From NCBI GenBank assembly GCA_965228855.1, contig CBDDIJ010000003.1, positions 3,040,001 to 3,104,000 of the forward strand: a DNA stretch of 64,000 nucleotides, given 5' to 3'. Both the position numbers and the translations under genes were made by a program. How positions within the stretch are numbered: position 1 is the stretch's first letter; each line of letters opens with the position of its first letter. Under the pieces are notes generated by a model. That model had not been told where the DNA came from and searched no databases. It saw only the letters and a program-made list of their open reading frames with translations. Of the stretch, positions 1-8,513 are shown in pieces. Source of the stretch: Candidatus Obscuribacterales bacterium (GTDB lineage: Bacteria > Cyanobacteriota > Vampirovibrionia > Obscuribacterales > Obscuribacteraceae).

Positions 1-161
1 ATTCCGTTGACACCATATCCGGTGCCGGCATTGAGCGGCTGGTCATAATAGCCCCAGATGTTCTCTTTGATTTCGAACGGTTTTGGTTCGCGAACAAACA
101 CGTACCAATAGGCCGTAGCTAGTATCGATAGTTCTACGAGGATTAAAAGGTAAGCGAACAT
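1..161 (-). CDS. Partial hypothetical membrane-anchored protein (runs off the window's left edge)
   Basis: ATG at 161 with GGAGG Shine-Dalgarno (cctcc 167-171). Translates MFAYLLILVELSILATAYWYVFVREPKPFEIKENIWGYY..., open to the window edge, with an N-terminal TM helix. Confidence 0.65.
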   Translation of the reverse strand, partial: MFAYLLILVELSILATAYWYVFVREPKPFEIKENIWGYYDQPLNAGTGYGVNG

Positions 162-639
162 GATCGCCTCCTGGGCGCAATCGCCTGGCGTGGTTTCCGG
201 TTATCTGTTGGCAGCAGACGGTTATTGAAATATCTTAACCTTGATGAACATTCTAACGATTCATTACAGAAATGCTAGGGCTTTTAATAATTTTCCTAGA
301 TGTCAAGCGATTAAATCTGAAAGTCGCAACACGAGACAGAGCCAGGGGATACGAAAGATGGTCACTATTGTTGACATGTAGGGTTTTCAGAACTACCAAA
401 AATCTTCACATTCCGAGCTGGTATCGCCCCTGATGTCAAGCGATCTTCTTTTCAGAAACCGTCAATTCCTGACAGTCTTCATTAACGGATTTTCGACGGC
501 AAATTCAACGCAGCAGCGCTTCTTTGTATTACGCTAATCGCGTCAGCTTGAAGCCATTGGAAACACCCAACGTTTCAAACAACATGACATCTTCTTACTA
601 AATTCGTCGAAAGTCGCAGTCAATTTCAAAGAGGTTTTC

Positions 640-1830
640 ATGCAGATCAACAGCGTCGCGGTAATTGGCGCAGGCACAATGGGAGCCTCAATTGCGGTAG
701 CTCTGATCAGCCATGGCTACACGGTCGTACTAAAAGAAGCGAACGATGAACTACTAAAAAAGGGTCTGGGACATATAGAGAAGATTCAACAAAAGCGTAT
801 CGAGAAGGGTCTAGAAGCCTCCGTAGCGGACGAAGAATCGCGACGCCTGGAACCCACCACCGACTATGCAAAACTCGCAGATGTCGACCTGATAATCGAA
901 GCGGTTCCCGAAAACATAGACATCAAAAAATCTGTTTTCGGAGACATTGATGAGAACGCGGATGTCAATGCCATCATCGCGACGAACACAAGCAGTTTGC
1001 CTATCACGCAATTAGCAGCGTTCACGCGACGTCCTGACAAGGTAGTCGGTCTTCATTTTTTCAATCCGGCCCATTTGATGCGGTTGGTTGAAGTCATTCC
1101 AGGTTTGGAAACGTCAGTAGATACAGTCGAGACCGCACTCGCATTCGGACAGTCGCTTGGAAAGCTCGCCGTACGCGTTGATGAATGCCCATCGTTTTTA
1201 GTAAACCGCCTGCTCGGACGATATATGAATGAAGCGCTTTTTTGCCTTCAAGATGGCGTTGCCTCGATCGAGGAAATCGACAACGCGGCAAAAGAATTTG
1301 CAGTCCCTGTTGGACCGCTCGCTCTACGCGACATGAACGGCGCCGATATCGGTTTAGCCGTCGCAAAATTCAACTATCAAGAGTACGGCGAAAGATTCGC
1401 ACCACCTGTCATTCTTGAAAAAATGGTCGAGCAAAATATGCTCGGAAGAAAAACAAATTCAGGCTTCTACCTCTATGACGAGAAGGGCCAGAAGGGCACT
1501 AAAAATCCGAAGATAGAAACGATACTGAAAGAGCTTTCGAAATCATCAAAACAATCGAATGGCAGCTTCAAGGTCGAGCGGCTCTTCCTCCCGATGATCA
1601 ATGAAGCTTTCATCGCTTTGCAAGAACGCATTTGCGCAGTCGAAGATTTAGATCCTGCGCTAATGGCGGGATTAGGGATGCGTCGAGGTCCGCTCACAAT
1701 CGCATCCGACATCGGACTCAAAGATTGCTTAGCCATGATTGAAGAACTAAATAAAGAGCACGGCGAGCGCTTTCGCCCGGCACCGCTGTTGAAACGCCTG
1801 GTCTGGGCCAAACGCAACACAATCTTTTAG
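640..1830 (+). CDS. 3-hydroxyacyl-CoA dehydrogenase (NAD-binding domain plus two C-terminal dimerisation domains)
   Basis: GAGTMG Rossmann motif, IIEAVPE, ATNTSSL, GLHFFNPA, FLVNRLL, GRKTNSGFY; second 3HCDH-like C-terminal domain. Confidence 0.93.
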   Translation: MQINSVAVIGAGTMGASIAVALISHGYTVVLKEANDELLKKGLGHIEKIQQKRIEKGLEASVADEESRRLEPTTDYAKLADVDLIIEAVPENIDIKKSVFGDIDENADVNAIIATNTSSLPITQLAAFTRRPDKVVGLHFFNPAHLMRLVEVIPGLETSVDTVETALAFGQSLGKLAVRVDECPSFLVNRLLGRYMNEALFCLQDGVASIEEIDNAAKEFAVPVGPLALRDMNGADIGLAVAKFNYQEYGERFAPPVILEKMVEQNMLGRKTNSGFYLYDEKGQKGTKNPKIETILKELSKSSKQSNGSFKVERLFLPMINEAFIALQERICAVEDLDPALMAGLGMRRGPLTIASDIGLKDCLAMIEELNKEHGERFRPAPLLKRLVWAKRNTIF

Positions 1831-1924
1831 AAAGTGGTTATGCCGGTTCCGACGGCGGAAGCAACTCTTCGGGCAAAAGTGGTTATGCCTGTTCCGGTGG
1901 TGTAAGCAACTCTTCAGCAAAGTG
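1831..1924. repeat. Imperfect 44/45-bp tandem duplication of the 3' end of the oppF-like gene
   Basis: aaagtggttatgccggttccgacggcggaagcaactcttcgggca (1831-1875) vs aaagtggttatgcctgttccggtggtgtaagcaactcttcagca (1876-1919). Confidence 0.85.
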
Positions 1925-2905
1925 ACAAGCAGAGAAGTGCGAAGGAGTGATCTCCCGAAGCTCTGGATCATCGACCTTGCATTTGTCTCGCGCCATCGGA
2001 CAGCGGGTGTGGAAGCGGCAACCCGACGGAGGATTTGCAGGACTGGGCAGATCGCCGGGTAGCAACATGCGATTGCTGCGGTCAAAATTTGGGTCAGGAA
2101 CGGGCGCCGCTGAGATCAGCGCTTTCGAATATGGATGCAGGGGCTGGTTATAAACCTCATCACATTCGCCCAACTCCACGATGCGTCCCAAATACATAAC
2201 GGCGATCCGATCGCTGATGTACCGAACAACATCAAGATTGTGAGCGATAAACAGATAGGTAAGCTTGAATTCCGATTTCAGTTGAATCAACAAATTCAGA
2301 ATTTGAGCTTGAACACTAACATCGAGTGCTGAAACCGGTTCGTCGGCAACGATCAGTTTCGGACGAAGAGCCAGTGCCCGAGCTATTCCCACGCGCTGCC
2401 GCTGCCCGCCCGAAAATTCGTGAGGGTAACGGTCAGCCATCTCTTTTGCTAAACCGACAAGATCCAAGAGGTTTAGAACGCGATCGCGTAAATCAGATCC
2501 GCTGGCGGTTTGATGGACCTCAAGAGGCTCTTGCACTATCTGCCTGATTGTCATGCGTGGATCCAGGCTGGCATAAGGGTTTTGAAACACGATCTGCATG
2601 TCGCGGCGAAACGCCTTCATCTCTTTTTCAGAAGCAGCAAGCACATTCTTACCTTCAAATGTGACACTGCCAGCGGTGGCAGGCAATAATCGAAGCACCA
2701 CCCTACCGAGAGTTGATTTTCCGCAGCCCGATTCACCTACAAGACCCAGTGTTTCGCCTTCGCGGATGGTCAAATCGATACCATCAAGCGCGCGCACGGC
2801 GCCGACCTGCCTGTTAAAAAAACCTTTTCGAATTGGAAAGTGCTTTTTCAGTCCAGAGATTTTGACTAACTCTTTGCCAGTTTCTGAACCGTTTGATGAC
2901 GACAT
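1883..2905 (-). CDS. Oligopeptide/dipeptide ABC transporter ATP-binding subunit (OppF/DppF/AppF type)
   Basis: GESGCGKST Walker A, FSGGQRQR signature, ADEPVSALD, HPYSKAL, PSGCRFHTRC oligo_HPY C-terminus. Confidence 0.95.
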   Translation of the reverse strand: MSSSNGSETGKELVKISGLKKHFPIRKGFFNRQVGAVRALDGIDLTIREGETLGLVGESGCGKSTLGRVVLRLLPATAGSVTFEGKNVLAASEKEMKAFRRDMQIVFQNPYASLDPRMTIRQIVQEPLEVHQTASGSDLRDRVLNLLDLVGLAKEMADRYPHEFSGGQRQRVGIARALALRPKLIVADEPVSALDVSVQAQILNLLIQLKSEFKLTYLFIAHNLDVVRYISDRIAVMYLGRIVELGECDEVYNQPLHPYSKALISAAPVPDPNFDRSNRMLLPGDLPSPANPPSGCRFHTRCPMARDKCKVDDPELREITPSHFSACHFAEELLTPPEQA

Positions 2906-2914
2906 GTACTATGT

Positions 2915-3787
2915 CTAGCCTCTTGAGCCGTCAGCCAACCGGGGGCGAAGATCGGTGACGCTGCCGTCGGTTCTTTGCCAAACAGCTCCAAATATGCCCC
3001 GTTCAACCAGGTCATCGTAGACAGAAAACACACATTTTCCTGGACCTACACCGGCTTCTTCCAACAATGGTTGAGTCCACTTTTGAAGAGTCATGATCCT
3101 TGGCGCACTTCCTGTGACAACCCAGATCGGAAATCCGGTTTTCAGGAAAGCACGAATTTTCGGCTCCCAATGACGTGTTTGACGGAAGTTCCCAGTGTCG
3201 ATTTCCAATAGGATACGCATCTGCTCCATTTGAGGATACGCAAATGAAATTGTCGCATCAGCTTGTTCGGCACCGAATACGATATCACCCGAAAGTTCCT
3301 TCCAGAACTCACGCCCGGTCGTAAAGTCCAGAGATTCAATGGCGCTCTGGTATTGAGCTTCCTCTAATGCCAATCGCACGTCGACTAACCGCAGGAAGTG
3401 TTCCTTATGATAAGTATGCGGCGGTCCGGTCGGAATTTCCTCCCACGAGATGCCACGATGCTGTTCGAGCGCTTTGGCACCCGCGGTGGTAAGAAAATAA
3501 ATCAGCTCAGGACGCCCACGCCCTTCCATCCGTCCACTCGAAGAACAGCCGGTGAAGCCGGCTTGCTGCAATCGTCGCAATCGCTTGCGAGCGGTTTCAT
3601 AACTGATATCGCTAAAGCAAAGCCGAGCAAGCTGTGTGGACGTCACGGTTCTGTGCAAATAAAGTTGCAACAGCGCCAGCAAATCACGCTCCATCAAAAC
3701 TAACGACTTTTTCCGAACCTTACTCCGCGCAACCCGCTCAACCATAGACACAGATCTACCGCCTCTGAATTCCCTATGCAAATACAA
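2915..3787 (-). CDS. Replication-relaxation (Replic_Relax-like) protein: wHTH plus PD-(D/E)XK nuclease; putative relaxase. True start may be the ATG at 3745.
   Basis: RDLLALLQLYLHRTVTSTQLARLCF...ARKRLRRL, IYFLTTAGA, HFLRLVDV, ADATI...LLEIDTG pattern; adjacent to VirD4. Confidence 0.8.
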   Translation of the reverse strand: MYLHREFRGGRSVSMVERVARSKVRKKSLVLMERDLLALLQLYLHRTVTSTQLARLCFSDISYETARKRLRRLQQAGFTGCSSSGRMEGRGRPELIYFLTTAGAKALEQHRGISWEEIPTGPPHTYHKEHFLRLVDVRLALEEAQYQSAIESLDFTTGREFWKELSGDIVFGAEQADATISFAYPQMEQMRILLEIDTGNFRQTRHWEPKIRAFLKTGFPIWVVTGSAPRIMTLQKWTQPLLEEAGVGPGKCVFSVYDDLVERGIFGAVWQRTDGSVTDLRPRLADGSRG

Positions 3788-3970
3788 CCGGAATTTCCGT
3801 GCCCCCAGATATCGCAGGACTATCTTGGGACAGCCATTCGAACTGCAACTTCAACGGCCGTATTTGTACCCCTTAAATAATTGTAGATCATGATTGCCCG
3901 ACTGACGATCACTTTGCTACCAACGACCCATAATTCTCACTTCCGGCGGTCTTCTTGAAAGGTTCAGATA

Positions 3971-4007
3971 AAACAAAAGGTCACGCGGCTTCGCAAAGCC
4001 GCGCGAC
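3971..4007 (-). terminator. Probable intrinsic terminator downstream of virD4
   Basis: Stem CGCGGCTT/AAGCCGCG followed on the minus strand by CCTTTTGTTTT. Confidence 0.7.
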
Positions 4008-4085
4008 ACCGAAACCGTCAAACCACGAGACATTCTCAGACTGTTTAGAACTCGCGCGCCGAGGTTCGCACTCGACGCGCCTGAC

Positions 4086-7000
4086 TTAGAATTCGACGCC
4101 CTGTTTCTTGCTGTGAGCCGGGTTGAAACCGAATTTGGCTACATCCGGATTCATGCTGGTCACGGTCGAGCGGTGATAGGGATTATTCTGTCCTGCGCCG
4201 ACAGCCTCAGCGGCGACACGCTGCGAGAGCGGTCCGGCATTGGGATTGCCGCCCGTGCCGTACGCCATGCGAGGGTCCACCGGAGCCTGAGCCGGAGCTT
4301 GACCTTGAGCTTGGGCTTGGGCATATGGATTGGCTGCTCCCATTTGCTGAGCGGCTTCCGCCATCGAAGGACGCTTGGACGGTAGGTTCTCACGCGAGGT
4401 CACTTCGAGCCCACCGTAGCGAGGCTGCGGTCTGCCTGTTTCCTTTCTTGCTCCCATTGGTCCGACCACTTGTTGTTGGACCGCCTGGATAGTGTCTTCG
4501 TGATTCGCTTGTTGCTGCGGCGCCGCGAGACTCGGGTTGAGCGACGGGATTGCCGACTGCGCTACCGGAGCTGCTGCAACGACATCAATCTTCTTGCCGC
4601 ACTCAATACAGAACTTGCCTTTGCCGGCATGCTTGCCACAGTGAGGGCAGTCTCTTTCGGAACCGGCGGGAGCCGATGGAGCCGCTTGCATCGGTTCGAC
4701 CACTGAACCGGTCACTGCAGTCTCGATTTGACCATACGGTTGTTGAGCGAACCCGCTGCCGGGGTTGGGGTCAAAGCTCTGTCCGGCGTTGTAACCATCG
4801 CCGATATTGCCGTTGCCACCTGCGTATCCATACGGATCTGTAGTCGGTCCCATCGCTTGAGCCGCTGCTCTCGACGCCGCTTGCAGGTTGGCGAGCTGGT
4901 CATTGCCATAGCCCTGAGCGAAGCCAGGCGCCGCATGCGGTGCCATTCCTTGCTGTGCTGCTACCGTGCCAGCGGCAAAAGCGCCGGCGGTTTCAGACAT
5001 CATGCGACCTGCGTTGGCGAAATCGCCTGCACCATGAGGTACCTGAGCAAAAGCTTGCGGTTGATGCTGCTGCATATTGGTCTGTTCAGGAGCCCTGCCA
5101 AGCAAGCTGCCGATTACCGATTGCACTCCTGTGGTGACCACCTGAGCCAGCTGATTTCCGACAGAACTCGCCGTGGGCGCAACTGGCTCCTGAGGCTGGT
5201 GCTGATGCATGCCGTTCTGTGGAGCTTGCTGGCCGTTTGGACCATCGTGGAAAACATTATTGATTGCGTCTGCTGCGTTCGGAACAGACATGAATGTCGG
5301 CACCGCATTCGGTGACGGAGCGCCGGGAATCGGAGCAGCATGACCTGGTCCATCGCCGCGGCGAACCGAGACGTTGTGCAACAAGTGCAATCTGGCAATT
5401 TCTTCAATACCTCTCAAGTCGACCATGAAAGGTTTTGTTTCGCCGAATTCTGGGTCGCCTGCAGGCGCCAGGTAAACGAGCGCGTGCTGCTTCTCCATCC
5501 GTTTAATTGTGTCAGAGTCAACTCGCGCAACTACTTGTTGCGAGTGAATTCTGTTCCAACTGGACGGGAAGATACCGAAACCTGTCGATTGATAGTGGTC
5601 TGCAATACCAGGGACGATAATGGCGTGCTTGCCGATTTCTTCAGAGAAGAATGCTGCCGTTTGTTCGTCCGCGTTGTGCAGACAGACACGAATTGCGCAG
5701 TTAGAGAATATGGTTCGCATTTCAGCTTCGGCGTTCTTGCCGCCGGAAGTGATCTGAGAGATGTTCTGGAGGATGAGTGTCAATCCGCCGTTGGCACCCC
5801 GGACGATAGCTGACAATCTGCCTGCTACGTCGATGTTCAAGGTTTGATATTCGTCGAAGAATGCGAACAATGGCAGGACCGACTTGGTACCGTATCTGGT
5901 GTGCAAAGCTTGTTGCATTTGATAGACGAAGCACGCAGCTAGAGACTCAGCGTCAGGTCCGAGTGATGCCGGCGCACCGAAGATGAGCACGGTCGGTCTG
6001 TTCATCGCTGCTTTCAAATCGATGTTCGAATATTCCGTAACCGCGAGAACGCCCGGGTTCTTAAACATACGCAGACGACCACGTACGCCCTGGATGTTCT
6101 TATCCCAGTCAGCATCGGTTCTGATGATGGACGAAAGACGCTGCGTCATTTCGCTCAACTCGGTGCCGTTGACTTCGGGTCTGTTTTTCGCCTGTCTCAA
6201 GGACTCGACGATGTTGCGACGGTTGTTGACCAGCTTCATCAAACCACGAGGGTTGCATGGAAGCTGCTCGAGTTCAGAAGCTTGACCGTTTTCATCTTCG
6301 CCGATGACCTGAACGGCGCCCCATTTGAGTAGTTGGGCAAGACCTTCGATGTAACCCATGTCACGCTCAGCCCAGTGCTGCTCTTCCGCGTCGAGTGAGT
6401 TGACGTCCTGCACAATCGAACTTGCAAATGTGTTGGGCGGCAGATCTAGAGGATTCCAGTGCACGGAATCTGTGTCGAGAGGGTTGAAGTACAGTGTGTC
6501 GAAACCGGCTTGTTGAGCCTCAGGCAACACTGTGTATTTGAAACCTTCTTTCTTTTCGTCGAGGTTCGGGTCGTTAGCCTTAGCTTCCAACGCGATGACG
6601 ACACAAGGTTTAGCCAACAAAGATTTGATGATGGCGCGCATCAAGGTCGTTTTACCGGAACCGGACGGCGCTACGATGAACATGTTTTTGTTTGGCAGGC
6701 GACCCATCGGAATCGTGATCGGCAGGTGCGTTCTTGCCAGGAAACCAAACGGAATGACAACGCCGTCGACTTCTTCCCAGGTCGCTTCCGGATTGCGCTT
6801 GCCCATGCGACCGTGACGGCGCAAGTTAGGCGGGCAGAGGAACGACCGCTCGTAATCGCGAGGCGTGAGCATGCCGGACGGGGGATTGAAAGTTCTGATT
6901 GTCTGCCAGGGGAAGAGGCGCTTCTTGTGCGCCGCCGCGATAATCAACGCAAGCAAGACGAGCGTCGGCAGCAAAATCGCGATCGACGTAGCGTCAAGGA

Positions 7001-7595
7001 AACCGTGATTTTTCTTCGGTCCGTGCTGCGCGCCGGCACCGTGCATCTGCGGGTGCGCGTGCGGAATTCCTTCAAGGCGAAGATTTTTGCCTTGCTTCAT
7101 CTGTCCGGCTGTGGGAGGTCGACCTTGAGTCGAATCAAGTGTGGTCTGACCTTGATAGGCGCCCATTTGATGACCGCCGCCAGGAGCTTGAGGAAGTCCG
7201 GGAACTTGTGAGCCGCCACCTGAAAGAATTGTCGCACCGGGCTGGATGAGAGGATCCGCACCAGCGCCGCCTTGCATCATACCTTGCTGCATGGGGGGCA
7301 TGCCCTGACCTTGCATCATCGGCATTTGCTGCATTGGCATTTGTTGCATCGGCATCTGCTGCATCGGCATCGGATGCCCGGTAGCCGGATCGATTGCCCC
7401 AGCCTGATACATTGGAGAGCCGCCCGCCATCGGGTATCCGCCGGCTTGAAGTTGACCGCCGTAGTGCTGCTGGGGAAGCATAGCGCCAAGCTGTTGGCGC
7501 TTCTCGTACTCTTTTGCGGAGATAGTCTCGCCAGTATCTACGTCCTTGTAGCAGACTGTCTGTCCTTTCTCATTAATAACTGCTTTGTACGTCAT
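4086..7595 (-). CDS. VirD4/TraG/TraD-like type IV coupling ATPase with long low-complexity N- and C-terminal extensions and a zinc ribbon
   Basis: TM helix (IAILLPTLVLLALIIAAA), Walker A APSGSGKT, Walker B FFDEYQ, WNPLD, RGANGGLTLILQNISQI, IFSNC, TAAFFSEEIG; CPHC..CIEC near the C-terminus. Confidence 0.9.
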   Translation of the reverse strand: MTYKAVINEKGQTVCYKDVDTGETISAKEYEKRQQLGAMLPQQHYGGQLQAGGYPMAGGSPMYQAGAIDPATGHPMPMQQMPMQQMPMQQMPMMQGQGMPPMQQGMMQGGAGADPLIQPGATILSGGGSQVPGLPQAPGGGHQMGAYQGQTTLDSTQGRPPTAGQMKQGKNLRLEGIPHAHPQMHGAGAQHGPKKNHGFLDATSIAILLPTLVLLALIIAAAHKKRLFPWQTIRTFNPPSGMLTPRDYERSFLCPPNLRRHGRMGKRNPEATWEEVDGVVIPFGFLARTHLPITIPMGRLPNKNMFIVAPSGSGKTTLMRAIIKSLLAKPCVVIALEAKANDPNLDEKKEGFKYTVLPEAQQAGFDTLYFNPLDTDSVHWNPLDLPPNTFASSIVQDVNSLDAEEQHWAERDMGYIEGLAQLLKWGAVQVIGEDENGQASELEQLPCNPRGLMKLVNNRRNIVESLRQAKNRPEVNGTELSEMTQRLSSIIRTDADWDKNIQGVRGRLRMFKNPGVLAVTEYSNIDLKAAMNRPTVLIFGAPASLGPDAESLAACFVYQMQQALHTRYGTKSVLPLFAFFDEYQTLNIDVAGRLSAIVRGANGGLTLILQNISQITSGGKNAEAEMRTIFSNCAIRVCLHNADEQTAAFFSEEIGKHAIIVPGIADHYQSTGFGIFPSSWNRIHSQQVVARVDSDTIKRMEKQHALVYLAPAGDPEFGETKPFMVDLRGIEEIARLHLLHNVSVRRGDGPGHAAPIPGAPSPNAVPTFMSVPNAADAINNVFHDGPNGQQAPQNGMHQHQPQEPVAPTASSVGNQLAQVVTTGVQSVIGSLLGRAPEQTNMQQHQPQAFAQVPHGAGDFANAGRMMSETAGAFAAGTVAAQQGMAPHAAPGFAQGYGNDQLANLQAASRAAAQAMGPTTDPYGYAGGNGNIGDGYNAGQSFDPNPGSGFAQQPYGQIETAVTGSVVEPMQAAPSAPAGSERDCPHCGKHAGKGKFCIECGKKIDVVAAAPVAQSAIPSLNPSLAAPQQQANHEDTIQAVQQQVVGPMGARKETGRPQPRYGGLEVTSRENLPSKRPSMAEAAQQMGAANPYAQAQAQGQAPAQAPVDPRMAYGTGGNPNAGPLSQRVAAEAVGAGQNNPYHRSTVTSMNPDVAKFGFNPAHSKKQGVEF

Positions 7596-7777
7596 TCTTG
7601 CTACCCTGAGCCTCTGAAACTTGAATGTTTTCGAACGGTATTTCGAACGGATGGCTTTCTAATGAATGCCTACTTTATCGGCTTATGAAGAATTATCGCC
7701 TTAGCAGTCGATTTCGAGAATGTTATAACTACGATACTCGGCACTAAACCATGGCAAAAATACGAAAAAAGTTTTGC

Positions 7778-8425
7778 TTAAATGCCAAAACCTTTTCCAG
7801 CTTCTCCCATACCGGCGATCTGCAATTTGCGATCCGGGGTCATTTTGACGAGATACTCGAATTTGACTTCGTGAACGTTTTGTCCTTTACCAGGCACATC
7901 TAGAATCTGCTTTCCTTCGACCAGCACTACGACCGCCCCATCCGGGCGTTGTTCTCCGATTTTCACAGAGTTCGTAATAAATTGGCTCACGGCGCCGGAT
8001 TGAGCGATAGTCTGAGCCATCTCCGGCGACCAGATGTTCGCGCGGTATGCTTGAGCGCACTCCGGCGACATATATTGAATCGCTTTCTCCTGGCTGCTTC
8101 CAGCAGTTTTCGCGCTGAAATCCCACGCCATCGGCAACCAATCACTGATCAAACGAAGAGCATCGTCAGCATTGGTTGGAGCAACCTGGGGTTCGGCCGT
8201 AAGCGGCGCCGCGCCTGGCTGCTGCGCCTGCGCATTGTATGCAGCAGCGCCGCGTCCACCGGTGACGTCCGGATGGTCGGCCCATTTGGGGCGTTGTTTG
8301 GCGCTTTGTTGCGGTCGCTGTTCAGGCTGAAGCAGGAGCGTGAAAAACATTCCCACCATGGCGCCGGCAAAGCCCACGATGATCAATGTCAGCTTATATT
8401 TTTCACCCGCCTGATAGTCGAACAT
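7778..8425 (-). CDS. VirB8/TraE-like bitopic membrane protein (NTF2-like fold predicted)
   Basis: Single N-terminal TM, linker, then DWLPMAWDFSAKT...QYMSPE helices and a beta-rich C-terminus; located between virB4 and virD4. Confidence 0.55.
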   Translation of the reverse strand: MFDYQAGEKYKLTLIIVGFAGAMVGMFFTLLLQPEQRPQQSAKQRPKWADHPDVTGGRGAAAYNAQAQQPGAAPLTAEPQVAPTNADDALRLISDWLPMAWDFSAKTAGSSQEKAIQYMSPECAQAYRANIWSPEMAQTIAQSGAVSQFITNSVKIGEQRPDGAVVVLVEGKQILDVPGKGQNVHEVKFEYLVKMTPDRKLQIAGMGEAGKGFGI

Positions 8426-8513
8426 TTTGAATTACCTGATGAATAAACCGTTTGCGCCTGTTCCAGTTTCACTAATCACGTCTGGCTCTAAGACAAACTA
8501 CTCGCGTTGAAAA

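Noticed and set aside
640..1830. Duplicated C-terminal domain in the 3-hydroxyacyl-CoA dehydrogenase
   Set aside because: Known architecture in this family (PaaH-like); not novel.
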